A DNA stretch of 64,000 nucleotides from Eledone cirrhosa (GCA_964016885.1 OZ024765.1:1302001-1366000); one strand, 5' to 3'. Shown: positions 27,846 through 41,713, numbered from the stretch's first letter. Notes: a model not told the origin generated them from the letters alone. Program-made: numbers and translations.

Positions 27846-29905
27846 ACCCGTCTTTTTCCATTCAAATTAGAAGCTATAAACTTAGCGACTGTAATGTCAA
27901 GTAAGAATATTTTCGAAACAGCGGGCGGGTTTGAAATTATTATAAATGTAAGCTATCCACCGTATTTTGACTCCCATGTACGTCAATACTCATCTTTTTC
28001 CATTTCTCCGAGGGTTCTTAACCCCCACTATCAGGCTAAATAATTCCTTTAATTTCTTTAGTCAAAATACGGCAATATATTTTTATGTATATATATACAG
28101 CCTAAATAGAAGCTAGTGGCAAGTGTAGAATTGATGAATAACAAACGGGGGAAAGGATAGCGATGTGTGCAATGACGGAAGAGAAGATAAAAATATAGAA
28201 AGAGGTGAGAACATGATGAAAACAATGTTTTAAGGAGGAGTAGAGAGAGAAATGGTTGCTTAGATAATTTGTAATTCATCTCAAAAGAAATGGAGAGCAA
28301 GGAGAGAAGAAGTGAGGTGAAATATTGGGGGCTGGCCCTAAACTTTCAACCTAACCCCTTCATCATTAGTAACCCCACTGAAAATGATAAACGTGTTGTT
28401 ACAGCTCCCACTTATGTAGGTTTAGCTGGTCCCTGACAAGGTTGTATCTCATAGGAGCTTTCTCATGTGTTTTAATAATAGGGGCCTCATCCTTATCATG
28501 TTGTTACAGCCTACACCTATGTAGGTTTAACTGGTCCCTAACAAGGTTGTATCTCAGGTTTCTTGGGTGTTTTAATGATAGGGGACCAAACTCTGATGTT
28601 ATAAATAATACACACAAGCGTGCTGTTACAGCTCACACCTATGTAGATCTAGCCTGCCTCAGACAAGGTTGTAATTCATAGGTTTCTTTGGTGTTTTAAT
28701 GATAGGGGTCCCGTTCCTTTCATAATACAATACATACACACACATATACACATATATATACATATATATATATATCCTGATGTTACAGCTCACACCCATG
28801 TAGGTTTAGCTGACCTCCTACAAGGTTGCATATCATAGGTGGTTTCTCGAGAGTTTTAATGATAGGTGGGCCCCGGGCCTATCATCAATAAAAAACAACT
28901 TGAAATGAAGCATTTTGCTGTAGAACACAACGCTTCACCCCAGTCCAGGAATCGAACCACACAACCTTCTGACTGTGAGCCAAACACTCCTAACCACTAG
29001 GCCACGCACCTTCACTACTACTAACCCCACTACATACATTTAACATTTTACATACATTATATGCTGCCTTTGTGGTTTTCCTGTGCAAAACCTCATGCTT
29101 CTCTGATGTGCAGATAGGGCACTATAAGTTAAAATGAAACAGTGAGAAGAAACATTTAGTTCCCCAGATAATGGACAAAAAAAAAATAAAATAAAATAAC
29201 AGCAAAAAAAAAAATGATGAAAAAAATTAACAGACACACAGACAGATGCAAAAGAAAACAAAAAAAAAACAACAACAATCAAACAAAAGCGAAATGAAAA
29301 GATTCCTCAATAGTAAAGAAAGACAGATAATGGTAATGAGAGGAGAAATAGCTACAGGACAAAATTATACAAAAGAAATATAACTAAAAATACCCATAAA
29401 AAATATATACAAAAAATAATTTTAAAAAAAGGAGCTGATGATCAGATCAGACCAAGGAAACAATGTGTCCATTGGTCTTTCCATTACTGATACTATCTGT
29501 CAGTCACAACTCCTGGCAGAAGAAAGGAGCTGATGATCAGATCAGACCAGGGAAACAATGTGTCCATTGGTCTTTCCATTACTGATACTATCTGTCAGTC
29601 ACAACTCCTGGCAGAAGAAAGGAGCTGATCATCAGATCTGACCAAGCAAACTATGAGGCCCCAATCATTAAACCACCCAAGAAACCTCCCAGAAAATGCA
29701 ACCTTATGGAAAGCAAGTTAAACCCTAAAAAGTATGAGCTGCAACACCAACACCCACAGACTGGTTACCGCCCTACCCCAGCTAAAACAACTGTTAAGGT
29801 GGTGGTGTTACTACTACTAGCTTGTTCTTCAGGAACACCCAGGTGTGTATGTGTGTATGTAATGTAAGACAAGTAAACTGGTTGGCATTAGGAAGGGCAT
29901 TCAAT

Positions 29906-30137
29906 TGTGTCAAAGATACGACAAACTCCCTAGAGCTGGTGATATAAAGGGTTAGGTGAACCCTTCGACTGTGTCAAAGATACGACAAACTCCCTAGAGC
30001 TGGTGATATAAAGGGTTAGGTGAACCCTTCGACTGTGTCAAAGATACAACAAACTCCCTAGAGCTGGTGATATAAAGGGTTAGGTGAACCCTTCGACTGT
30101 GTCAAAGATACAACAAACTCCCTAGAGCTGGTGATAC
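29906..30137. repeat. 64-bp tandem repeat, about 3.6 copies
   Basis: Unit tgtgtcaaagatacgacaaactccctagagctggtgatataaagggttaggtgaacccttcgac. Confidence 0.92.
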
Positions 30138-30314
30138 AATAAAATGTACCAAGCACTCTCTGTACAGTGCTGGAGTGTACGTCAGCAAGATGCTGGCGCC
30201 CCCTGGGGCATCTGAGAGGTCAGTAGATCCCATTAAGTTCTGACTCGGTTTGTGATGATGACCAGTCCAACCCATGCCAGCATGAAAAAGTGACATTATA
30301 TAACGATGATGATA

Positions 30315-30345
<31 letters not shown>

Positions 30346-30346
30346 T

Positions 30347-30396
<50 letters not shown>

Positions 30397-30519
30397 TAAT
30401 ATGCCTGAAAGGAAGAGGAGGAAGAGAGCTGATGTGAGGAAGGTTATCTGGTGGTAAAAAAAAACCCGTCCTCAAAAAGTGGTCAAACCCATGCCAGTAT
30501 AGAAAAGTGAACATACTGG

Positions 30520-30797
30520 AATGAGTGAGAGGATTGAGTGAGTGAGAAGGATGGAGTGAGAGGAGTGAGTGAAGGAGGTGAGTGAGAGGGACGAGTGAGA
30601 GGAGTGAGTGAGTGAAGGATGGAATTAGTGAGTGAAGGAGGTGAGTGAGAGGATTGAGTGAAGGAGGTGAGTGAGAGGATTGAGTGAAGGAGGTGAGTGA
30701 GAGGATTGAGTGAAGGAAGTGAGTGAGAGGGACGAGTGAGAGGAATGAGTGAGAGGGACGAGTGAGAGGAATGAGTGAGTGAAAGGATGGAGTGAGA
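30520..30797. repeat. Purine-rich gagtgagagga/gagtgaagga low-complexity repeat
   Basis: Direct inspection. Confidence 0.9.
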
Positions 30798-31004
30798 AAC
30801 ATTCCACTGGGGTATCAACAACATCATCATCAAAAGATGCAGCAATAATGTTAATTTTAATTAATAGCTAACGATGTAATAACAAAAGATACACAACCCC
30901 CCCACACACTCACACCACCACCCCCAAGAGCAAAAAGATAAAACCCTACAAAAACACCCCCTCCCCCCCAAAAAAGGCGGTGCAGGGTTGGGGTAAATAC
31001 TTAC

Positions 31005-31161
31005 TCAGGAGAATTCATATTAAGGCCTAGGGTTGTGAGATCTATTCCGGGAGCTAAAGCAACTAGATTAGGATCATTTTCAGCAGCTCTGATAAAGGTC
31101 AGAAGCCCAACAATTCCAAACTGATCGGTGACCATTCCAGAGGGGATGTTTGACACGGTAC
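31005..31161 (-). CDS. CNOT2: CNOT2 exon
   Basis: GTVSNIPSGMVTDQFGIVGLLTFIRAAENDPNLVALAPGIDLTTLGLNMNSPE. Confidence 0.96.
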
Positions 31162-31663
31162 CTGGAGAAGATAAAGGACAGAAAGAGAAGAGAAAAAAAC
31201 AGGAAAAATATAATTAAAACAGGGTGCAGATAGGACAGGCTGTACAAGTATGGAAAATAGATGTTAAAAAACAGGAAAATACAGTCAGAAGAGAGGGTAG
31301 ATAGACATAAACACCCTCTCAACACTCCCTTCTTTGATGCAACAGAACTTTTAGAATGTGATCGCTGGAAGGTAGACAGGGAGAGAGAGGACTGCACCAG
31401 CACAGGGTTGGTACTTTCTTTATCGACCCCTGAAAGGTTGAATGGCAAAGCGAACCTCAGCAGAACACAGACACCCTCTCAGGCCCTCCCATCTTTCATC
31501 TCATCCCGGATGTGGCATGTAGAAAGAAAGGGAACTGCACCAGCACTGGGCTGGTATTTTCTTTTTATCGACCCCACGAAAGGATGAAAGGGAATGTGGA
31601 CACATATATAACTCCCCATACACACACAAAATACCCAGAGTAACCAAGGATTTGAACACTTAC

Positions 31664-31781
31664 CATCGTGGTGTGTCTGTATGCCGCGGTTAGGTTTAGT
31701 ACAGGAAGTTTTTTCAACCTGAAACTTGTTACCGTCTTTACTAACAGCTTGCTCATATGTTCCTGATACTGAACTGGTTGG
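31664..31781 (-). CDS. CNOT2: CNOT2 exon
   Basis: PTSSVSGTYEQAVSKDGNKFQVEK...RGIQTHHDG. AG/GTAAGT boundaries. Confidence 0.9.
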
Positions 31782-32369
31782 CTGGTGAAAGAGATAACAG
31801 TAAAAACGGGGTCATTTTAGGGCTTTATACAAACATTAAGTGATGGGGACAGGGGCTCATTAACCCATTATGTTATCAAACCACCCCTGATTCTATCATA
31901 CAAAGCTGTTTTGTCCAACCTGGTCAAAACAGACCCTGCTTCTATGAATAAAACCACCCATTTTAAATCAAAATCTTCCAACATAATTTTATATAAGAAC
32001 CTTACATTAAGTTACTATCTTAGTAATGAAATAATTAATAATTTTAGTAAATCATTCAAAATTCTTAATTAAAATAAAATGATTTCATTAGAAATACAAT
32101 CAGATATGCGAGTAACCACAAGTTACTCACTTAATAACACACACGTGTGTGTGTGTGTGTATATATTATGTTACGGTCAAGTGAGGCTTCTGTTTGCTAC
32201 TGGTACCATGTAAACCAGTACAATATGGTTCTGACCAACAGAGGTGAGTATGGCTGCACCTCTGAAGACATGACCAAAACCAGCCCCCATCTCACCCCTG
32301 GCAAAATATGTAAACTACTGGGGTAGATTTCAAATAAATTAAATAAAACCATGTTTTTTTAGTACTCAC

Positions 32370-32410
32370 AGTTTTTCGTGAAAAATCATTTGTCGTTGAC
32401 ACAGGTGGAT
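32370..32410 (-). CDS. CNOT2: CNOT2 small exon
   Basis: PPVSTTNDFSRKT. AG/GTGAGT boundaries. Needed to bridge phase 1 to phase 0. Confidence 0.82.
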
Positions 32411-33102
32411 CTAATTAGAAATTAGGTGAGAGAAGAAGAAAAAGAGAAAACAAACAGGTGATGATTAAGTTTCATTGACAGGTTCAACAAGGTGAAAACA
32501 ATCTAGTTATTAATTTAATATCAATTCTCCAAATCCGATCCGAATTGACAACATCCCAGACCCTATTCACTTACTGAGTGAGGCGGAACTTGTCAGATCA
32601 GACAAAAGAAACAATGTCTCCATTGGCCTTTCCATTACTGATACTATCTGTCAGTCACAACTCCTGGCAGAAGAAAGGAACTGATCATCAGATCAGACCT
32701 AGGAAACAATGTCTCCATTGGTCTTTCCATTACTGATATTATCTGCTGGTCGCAATGTGAAATAAAGTGTCTTGTTCAAGGAAATAATGCACTGGCCGGC
32801 TCGGGAATCAAATTTGAAACCTTATATTTGAGAATCGAACTCTAACATATTTGTTTTTGAAAGATAAGACACAAAATAACAAATCAGTCACTGAGGAGGT
32901 CACAGAAGGTGTGACATTAAATAAACAACCATCCAGTTATTAAACCAACTGACCAGAAATTTGTAATAAATTGAAGTGAAAGCCAACAGGTGCGTGTGTT
33001 TTTATTGACAACATGACCCTACCAAAGTATAACAATATATTATACATACATAGAGAAGGAGAGAAAGGAAAAGAGATAAGAATTCAAGGAGGTGAAACAT
33101 AC

Positions 33103-33189
33103 TTTGAGAACCAGGTAATGCTGGAAAATCTTCTTGCTGGATTTGGAACTCTGGAGTTTGTTCTTGAACAGGTTTGTTTACCATTCCAA
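33103..33189 (-). CDS. CNOT2: CNOT2 exon
   Basis: VGMVNKPVQEQTPEFQIQQEDFPALPGSQ, the conserved EDFPALPG motif. Confidence 0.95.
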
Positions 33190-34473
33190 CTGGATTGGAG
33201 AGAGACACAAAATATATCAATGGTGACATGTTTATTCAGACAATATATATATATTTATATATTAAATTAAAAAACAGAGTTAAAGACTCACATTAATCCC
33301 CTATAATTTAATTAGCTCATGGAATATATTCCGGGCTCTTTATAAATCAACATATACAGAGCAGTACACATAGAGATATGTGTTTAAGCATAGGGGATCA
33401 GAAACCACCAGAGTGATGAACATACCACCTACGGAAGGAATGGTGAATATAAATCAATGGTCAATATATATCAAAAGAATATATTAAAGTGTACTAACCA
33501 TCCAATTATAACTAGAACACCTAGTTAGTACATTTAACATATTCTTTTTAGCGGCACATGCAACAACACACAACAGTAAGTCCTTTAAAGCCATTTCCCT
33601 AACTAAACCAGTATTATATCATGCAAGGCCCCCACAACAGGTTTCATACCCATCATAGAGTCCCCTTTGAAGCTATGTTTTACAAACAAATGCCTTTCCT
33701 CGTACCATCACTTCTAAATAAATTAACCTTTTCTTACAGCAATTCTAAAAGAAGACAAAGTTGGTGCCATGACAAAAAGCACCCAGTCCACCCTGTCGAG
33801 CAGTAATGGAGGTGCAATAAAATGTACCAAGCACACACTGTAGAGGTATTGTTGGTGCTACGATAAAAAGCACTGTCCACCCTGTAAAGCGGTAGTGCTG
33901 GTGCCATGAAAAAAGCATCCAGTCCACACTGTCAGGCAGTAAAGGTGGTACCATGATAAAATTGTACCCAGCTTATACTGTTAAGTGGTGGTGAAGTGCC
34001 ACGATAAAAAAACCTCCAGTCCACCGTGTAAAGCGATAGTGTTGGTGCCACAATCAAAAGCACTCAGTCCACCTTGTAAGGTGGTAGCATGATAAAATGA
34101 ACCCAGCACATGCCATAAAGTGTTGGTGCCACAATAAAGCACACTCGGTATACACAGTGTGAAGTAGTTGGTGTTAGGGAGGGCATTTAGCTGTAGAAAC
34201 TATGTCAGAATGGGATGTATGAGCAGGACATGGTCACCTGACCTGTCTAACCTCAGGAACGAGACAACCCCTCTAAACCATGCAAGCATGGAAAATAAAC
34301 ATAAAACAGTGGTGATGATATCGATGATGGTGGTGGTGGTGATGTGTTTGAATTAATTTTGAAAATAATGTAAAAAAACATGGAAGGATTTTTGTTATTA
34401 AGTTGATGTTTGGAACAAGACTGTTTGTTAACAAAATTTTATAAAATAAAATCATGATGGAAGGTTTTTACTA

Positions 34474-34916
34474 TACCATATAAACTCGAATATAAGCCAA
34501 CCCTTATTTTATGCTTGAGAAATGAGCAAAAATCCAAACCTCGTTTATAAGCCCGGGCAGCTAATCAACACATGTTTAGATGGTGTCGTCTTGAAATTCT
34601 CAGAGTGGAGAATATATTTATAAAGTTTTAATATTTTGATATTTAAAATGTTTAAAATGTTGTTTAGAGCAGCGGTAATATTCACCTCCAAAGTGAAACA
34701 GGTGTAATATTCACCTCCAAAGTAAAACAGGTGTAATATTCACCTCCAAAGTAAAAATATTTTAGCATCTCATTTACGTAGAATTTTAAATTTGGTGAAA
34801 ATCAGTGAAATACTGACTTCGAATATAAGTCATTCCCTCCATTAAAAAAAACCATTTTACCATCAATTCTTTTTTTTGTCACATATTTCTCGGCTTATAT
34901 AAGAGTATATACGGCA
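34474..34916. mobile_element. Tc2/pogo-like (Tc1/mariner superfamily) non-autonomous DNA transposon
   Basis: Termini taccatataaactcgaatataagcc and ggcttatataagagtatatacggca. A related partial copy starts near 61760. Confidence 0.7.
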
Positions 34917-35459
34917 AGTATGAAATATTTTAAAGCATGCAGTTATGTTATAAAGCCAGGGTAGGTTTCAGGTGGGGTGGTATCATAAAGCTTAATACAC
35001 CTTCAAAATTTACAAAGATTCCCGCAGAGAAATCTGTACTCTTGGGCCCCAAATAATAGGAGGGGGGGGGGGGGCTTTGAAAAAGCAAAGAGGCTGGAAA
35101 ATCGGTAATTTTTCTGGCTTGTTTCTGTAAGTTTTTTTAAAAACCAGAATTAGTTGTTTAGTTTACATATTGAGACGCCAACCCAACCTATTTATTTTAT
35201 AACATATGGGATTTCTAGTAATGTACTTTTTTCGTCATATATAATGTTTTTTTAAACCCTTAGCATTTAAACCGGCCATATCCGGCCAGAATTCTCTCAC
35301 CTCTTTCTGTTCAAACTGGCCATAAATGCCTGCTCATACTGATGTTATGGTATTGTTCTCAAAATAATTAATAATATCAAAATCTTGCTGATTTGATATT
35401 ATGTGAGATAATTATGTAAGGGTAAATATAGAGTAATGTAAATGTTAAAGGGTTAATGT

Positions 35460-35878
35460 CTAAAGACCCTGGAAAGACTAGCACCAAACTTTGGCATTGA
35501 GAGCTGGACCGACCCCCCGAACAAAACGTCACAGTATGGAGCCAAAGGTCCCATCTTCTACATCTAGAATAAGGAGTAGATATTGCAACAGCCAGGGGTT
35601 CAAAGGCCCTCAACTCTTTAATAAGTTGCCAAGGAATTTGAGAGATCTGCATGGTGTGGACTTGGATGTTTTCAAGAAACATCTTGACACCCTGCTATCC
35701 AGGATCCTGGATGAGCCCACAGCACGGTACGAAGGTAACCTAAGGGCAGAAGCAACAAACTCCCTCTTGCACCAATGGCCAGCCAACAGGCTGGAGATAG
35801 AATGTGTAGCAACAAGGGCGGTGCCCCAGCATGGCCTCAGCCAGATTGCTGGAGCAGGTAAAAGAGTAAAAGAGAGTT
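35460..35878 (+). mobile_element. LINE 3' fragment (ORF2 C-terminus, CR1/Jockey-like group)
   Basis: KGPQLFNKLPRNLRDL...FKKHLDTLLSRILDEP....R...NSL motif and a short repeated tail. Confidence 0.75.
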
Positions 35879-36213
35879 AAAATAAAATTTCGCCAGAGAT
35901 AAATTACCAAAATTTAATAAGTGGGAAGTGGTGTGGGACGATTATTCGAGACCCGAGAGTAAAAATGGTGAATGTGACAACATAACTATCCACATTTTAC
36001 TCACCGCAGGGTGGGGACATGATGAAAAAATATTTTTTTAGATTGGTGTGGAGCAGAGTAGAGGGGCTACAAATTCACAGGGTCAATGATAGTAGCAGTA
36101 GCAGCAGAAACAGGCGATGGATGAGTTCAGGGGTTGTGTGATAAAATGAATGAAAAAAGGGGTCGGGAAGTGTGAATAAAACATCGAAATTGATAACTAA
36201 CATGCTAGCTTAC

Positions 36214-36312
36214 CATAACTCCTAGCTGAGGAGACAGGATTTGATGGAACTGCCCGATTTCCTAAAGTAGGAAATTCAGATAAATCCAAGCTGGGTTGGG
36301 AGTTTTCTCCGG
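36214..36312 (-). CDS. CNOT2: CNOT2 exon
   Basis: GENSQPSLDLSEFPTLGNR...ARSY, matching the LDLSDFPAL motif. Confidence 0.92.
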
Positions 36313-36977
36313 CTGAAAGGAACCCAAAAGAGAAAGGACAAAACATTTAATTAACAGAACATCACATCGTTATCGTTATCACCCATGCTGGCATGGGTTG
36401 GACGTGTCATGAAGGTCCGAGAGTAGAGGGGTTGGAGTGACCTCGTCACGCTCATACATTCTTGGCATGGTTTTCCAGGGCTGGAAACTCTTCCTAACAC
36501 CAACCACTTTACAGGGTGTACTGGGTGCATTTTCCTGTAACAATGGCTCTATCACTTTACAGGGTATACTGGGTGCATTTCTCTGCAACAATGGAACTAC
36601 CACTTTACAGTGTGTACTGGGTGCATTTTCCTGTAACAAAGGAACTACCAGTTGTAATGATAGGAACCCCAGTTCCATCATTTTTATTAAATATGAGCAA
36701 GACATGGTCACCTGACCTAGCATTGCCCACAACAGGACAACTTGTTTAACCCATGCTAGCGGGGGGAAAAATGGTCGTAAAACAATGATGATGATATACA
36801 AGGGTCAGCTTTAAAGTTCACAGGCTGATCTACTCTCATGGAATGACCGAATGAGGGTTATTTTTCAAAGAAGAGTTGATACTAATGCATGCAAGATTTC
36901 ACAGCTCTAGCATCAATCCTTCATAGTCAGCTTACAAACTTTTCAGCCAACCCTTATACATACTTACATACACACAC

Positions 36978-37034
<57 letters not shown>

Positions 37035-37349
37035 TTTGCCTTTAGCTTATATACAAAGAAAGTGTGGTAAGAAACCAGGTGGGCCATAACCCACCAGAGT
37101 ACTCAATACCTAGGGTAGTAGAGTGGGTAATAGGAAAAGAGTCAGGACCCCAACGGCTGAGCTCTGGCTGTTTCGACAGCTAGATCTAGCTGTCAAAACA
37201 ACCGGAGCTCAGCCGTTGGGGTCCTGACTCTTTTCATATATATATACATATCCCGTTAATGGTGAAAGCAGCGATTCTTTGCTTAAAGTTTAATGTTATT
37301 TTAATAAATATATATATATAGAGTGAGAGAGAGAGAGAGATTATTTTAC

Positions 37350-37405
37350 CTCTAGCTTGCGATAATCCAAAAGACCCTGATATACTCGTAATAGGATTGC
37401 TGGAG
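37350..37405 (-). CDS. CNOT2: CNOT2 exon
   Basis: SSNPITSISGSFGLSQAR. AG/GT boundaries. Bridges phase 2 to phase 1. Confidence 0.8.
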
Positions 37406-37724
37406 CTAGAAATAATAGAAAGACAAAACAAAAACACACATTATGAACTGATCCAGTGAAATATTAAATACACTAGTATTTTAAATGGATCTGCTTTAAC
37501 TATTCTTTTACCATATTTCTTATGAAAGACACTGTCCAGAATTGCCAAATCATTTGGAAAATAATCAAGAATTTAGAGGGATTGACTTTCATTCAAACAA
37601 AATGCCACTATCTTAACCCAAACCTCAATAGGATCTTGAATCTTTCAACCATTTAAAATGCCACTGTCTTAACCCAAACCTCAATAGGACCATGAATCAT
37701 TCAACCATATAAAGTGCCACTTAC

Positions 37725-37832
37725 TTTCCAAGAGCAGAAGATATGGATGACCGCTTCTGTAAACCCGTTATTGTTTGGTTGCTCTGTGTTTGCCCAAGAA
37801 TGTTCCGATGACCAATACTTGAAATTAAGCTC
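37725..37832 (-). CDS. CNOT2: CNOT2 exon
   Basis: SLISSIGHRNILGQTQSNQTITGLQKRSSISSALG. tttcAG/GTAAGT boundaries. Confidence 0.85.
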
Positions 37833-38722
37833 CTGAAAAAAAACACATTATTATTACAAATATTATTATTATTATTTAAATAAAGAAGGGTGGTGGATAT
37901 ACGTTGTGAGTTCAATCCCGCCGAGGTTACATTTGCCTTTCATCCTTACAGGGGTCGATAAAATAAAGTACCAGTAATGCACTGATTCTGATTTAATCAG
38001 ACCACAGAAACAATGTCTAAACCATCTGTCAGTCACAACTCCTGGCAGAAGAAAGGAGCTGATCATCAGATCAGACCAAGGAAACAATGTCTCCATTGGT
38101 CTTTCCATTACTGATACTATCTGTCAGTTACAACTGGCAGAAGAAAGGAGCTGATCATCAGATCAGACAAAGGAAACAATGTGTCCATTGGTCTTTCCAT
38201 TACTGATACTATCTGTCAGTCATAACTCCTGGCAGAAGAAAGGAGCTGATCATCAGATCAGACCAAGGAAACAATGTTTCCATTGGTCTTTCCATTGTTG
38301 ATACTATCTACTGGTCGCAACTCCTGAAAGAAAGAGCAACATGAAATAAAGTGTCTTGCTCAAGGACATAATGCATTGCCCAGTCTAGAAATTGAACTCG
38401 CAACCTCACAATTGTGAATCTAATTCTCTTACCACTAAGAGTGGAGATAAATAATATGATACAAAGCACCCAGTACACACTGTAAAGTGGTCATGTAGGT
38501 GACAAGGCAAAAAGTGCCAATCCACACTGTACATGTGGTTGGCGTTAGGAAGGGAGTCCAGCTGTAGAAACCAAGCCAGAAATAGTTCTGTGTGAGCAAA
38601 ACATGGTCATCTGATCTGACTTGCCTCACAACAGGACAACATGTCTAACTCATATCAGCATGGAAAATGGACAGTAAACGACGATGACGACACTGATAAT
38701 GATATAAGCAAAAGGTTTTTAC

Positions 38723-38864
38723 CTGCTTGGGGATGCTTGCGTCAATGGTGGTAAACCTAAAGAAAAGTTTGGGTTTATATTTGTTGGTGTAACATGACCC
38801 TGATTAGTGCGTGGAAACTGTGAGCCCCCTAGACTTCGAGGTGGTATCTGTGAACTGTTGAGAT
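38723..38864 (-). CDS. CNOT2: CNOT2 exon
   Basis: LNSSQIPPRSLGGSQFPRTNQGHVTPT...ASPSR, sharing HVTPT and SPSR with vertebrate CNOT2. Confidence 0.9.
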
Positions 38865-39085
38865 CTGGAAAATAGAACAAGTGTGATTAGAAATTATGTT
38901 AACAGTATGGTATGGTCCCGTAACTCCTACTAGAGTCGTAGGGGCACCGTAATTGCATAGTGTTTCTAGTGCATTTTTTAAGTCTGACAGAGCCCATCTC
39001 CTCTCCACGTCTGATAAAAAGTGAGAGAGAGGAAATGAGAAAGAGATATAGAGGAAGAATTAACCCCAGTACTAGACTGGTACTG

Positions 39086-39132
<47 letters not shown>

Positions 39133-39469
39133 TTAATATAGATATTAATATCTATATTAAAACTGTTATACTCTGCTATGTATTGAGTACCTTACTTACT
39201 GTGGTTACCTCCGATTCAACCCGGAATAACGTATATATATATATATATATATATATGGAGAGATACAGAGTGAGAAAGATATATGGAGGAAGAATTGACC
39301 CCAGTACTAAACTGGTACCTTTTTTTATCAACCTTGAAAGGATGAAAGGCGAAGTTAACTTTGCTGTATATTGTCTAAATTATCAGTATCTAGACTAATA
39401 ATTATCAGGTTTTTTTCCAGTTTATTTAAGAATAAAGAATATGTTTAATGTAAAAAAATAATTCTATTG

Positions 39470-40232
39470 CTGATACTATCAGTTTGTTCTAACTCCTGGC
39501 AAAAGAAAGGAGCTGATCATCAGATCAGACCAAGGAAACAATGTGTCCATTGGTCTTTCCATTACTGATACTATCTGTCAGTCACAACTCCTGGCAGAAG
39601 AAAGGAGCTGATCATCAGATCAGACCAAGGAAACAATGTGTCCATTGATCTTTCCATTACTGATACTATCTGTCAGTCACAACTCCTGGCAGAAGAAAGG
39701 AGCTGATCATCAGATCAGACCAAGGAAACAATGTGTCCATTGGTCTTTCCATTACTGATACTATCTGTCAGTCACAACTCCTGGCAGAAGAAAGGAGCTG
39801 ACCATCAGATCAGACCAAGGAAACAATGTGTCCATTGGTCTTTCCATTACTGATACTATCTGTCAGTCACAACTCCTGACAGAAGAAAGGAGCTGATCAT
39901 CAGATCAGACCAAGGAAACAATGTTTCCATTGGTCTTTCCATTACTGATACTATCTGTCAGTTACAACTCCTGACAGAAGAAAGGAGCTGATCATCAGAT
40001 CAGACCAAGGAAACAATGTTTCCATTGGTCTTTCCATTACTGATACTATCTGTCAGTTACAACTGGTAGAAGAAAGGAGCTGATCATCAGATCAGACCAA
40101 GGAAACAATGTTTCCATTGGTCTTTCCATTACTGATTCTATCTGTCAGTCACAACTCCTGGCAGAAGAAAGGAGCTGATCATCAAATCAGATCAGACCAG
40201 GGAAACAATGTTTCCATTGGTGTCTTTCCATT
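39470..40232. repeat. 95-bp tandem repeat, about 8 copies
   Basis: Unit ggagctgatcatcagatcagaccaaggaaacaatg...acaactcctggcagaagaaa. Shorter arrays at 29430-29650, 32595-32750 and 38020-38330. Confidence 0.95.
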
Positions 40233-40572
40233 GCTTCATTGGTATCGACATGTGATGTGTATGGATGTTGATTGTTGAGTAAAAGAAGTGCCAAGAAATC
40301 CCAGTGGAAGGAAAGCACAGGAGTAGAAGACCAAGGACACCTGGGCAGAGGTTGTGAGAGCTGCTCTCAAATCACTCAAGTTCACAGAGGAGATGATGAA
40401 AGAAAAATGACAAGTGGAGAGATGGTGAACTTCGAAAGACCTGTCCAACCCATGCTGGCATGAAAAGGGTGATGTAAAACAGTGATGATGACGATAATGA
40501 TGATGATGGTGGTGGGGGTGGTGGGGATGAAAAACATGAAGTAGAAGAAAAGTCTTTCTTTTTTTTACTCAC

Positions 40573-40641
40573 CAGGCCATCCATTTTGTGACATCCAGTC
40601 TGTATTAGGGGTTGACAAGGGCATCGGGGTCGTGTATTTCA
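40573..40641 (-). CDS. CNOT2: CNOT2 69-nt symmetric exon, possibly alternative
   Basis: cccAG/GTGAGT boundaries, phase 1-1, encodes KYTTPMPLSTPNTDWMSQNGWP. Confidence 0.7.
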
Positions 40642-40669
40642 CTGGGTAAAAGAGAAAATACACAATACT

Positions 40670-40744
<75 letters not shown>

Positions 40745-41713
40745 CTATATATATATAATATTTGTGTGAAAGTGTATGTGTGTTTGTGTGTGTTTATTTA
40801 GAAAGATACATAGACAATAGAATTACAAACACACACTCATCTACACATACATGCATATATATAAACAGACACACTTGGAAAGAATAATTATTACATACAC
40901 ACATCTACATAATATATATATATATATATAATACAGAGTACCCGACCTCCCATGGGTACAACCTGAAGCATATAGACAATATGCCCCCACACCCTCCCAC
41001 TGCAAGGTGGTCGTGGAGGTGCCACGGCAAAAAAGCACCCAGCCCACACTGTAAAGTGGACGTGTAGGCGCCACGAAAAAGCACCCAGCACTCATTGTAA
41101 ATGCGGTTGGTGTTAGGAAGGGCATCCAGCTGTAGAAATTAAGCCAAATCAGTTCCTGTATGAGCAAGGCATGGTCGGCCGACCAGACACTGACCACAAC
41201 ACGACAACCCGTCTAACCCATGCTAGTGTGGAAGAACGGACGTAAAACAGTGATGATGATAAACAGACACACTTGGAAAGAATAATTATTACACACACAC
41301 ACACGTCTATGTGATGACTGGAGGAAGAGGGGTGAGAAACTATAGAAGTCCAGCATTCTAAGATTCGTCACAGCTGTGTGTGTATGTGTAGCCATTTGGT
41401 TACACACATTGGCTGTGTGTTTGTATGTTTGTGTTACATGTGATCTATGTGATGAGTGAGGAAGGAGGTGGATGAGAAACTATAGAAGTCCAGCATTCTA
41501 AGATTCATCGCAGCTGTGTGTGTCTGTGTGTAGCAAATTGGCTAAACACATTGACTTTGTTTTTGTGTTTGTATCACTTGTGTGAGTGAGCGCAAAGAAA
41601 CCAACCAACCAACTAACAAACATCTCTTTTTTATATTATATATAGCTACTACCATTAGCCGTCGTTGGTAAATACAAACAGACAAATTGAAAAGTAAAGA
41701 AGTGTTGACTTAC

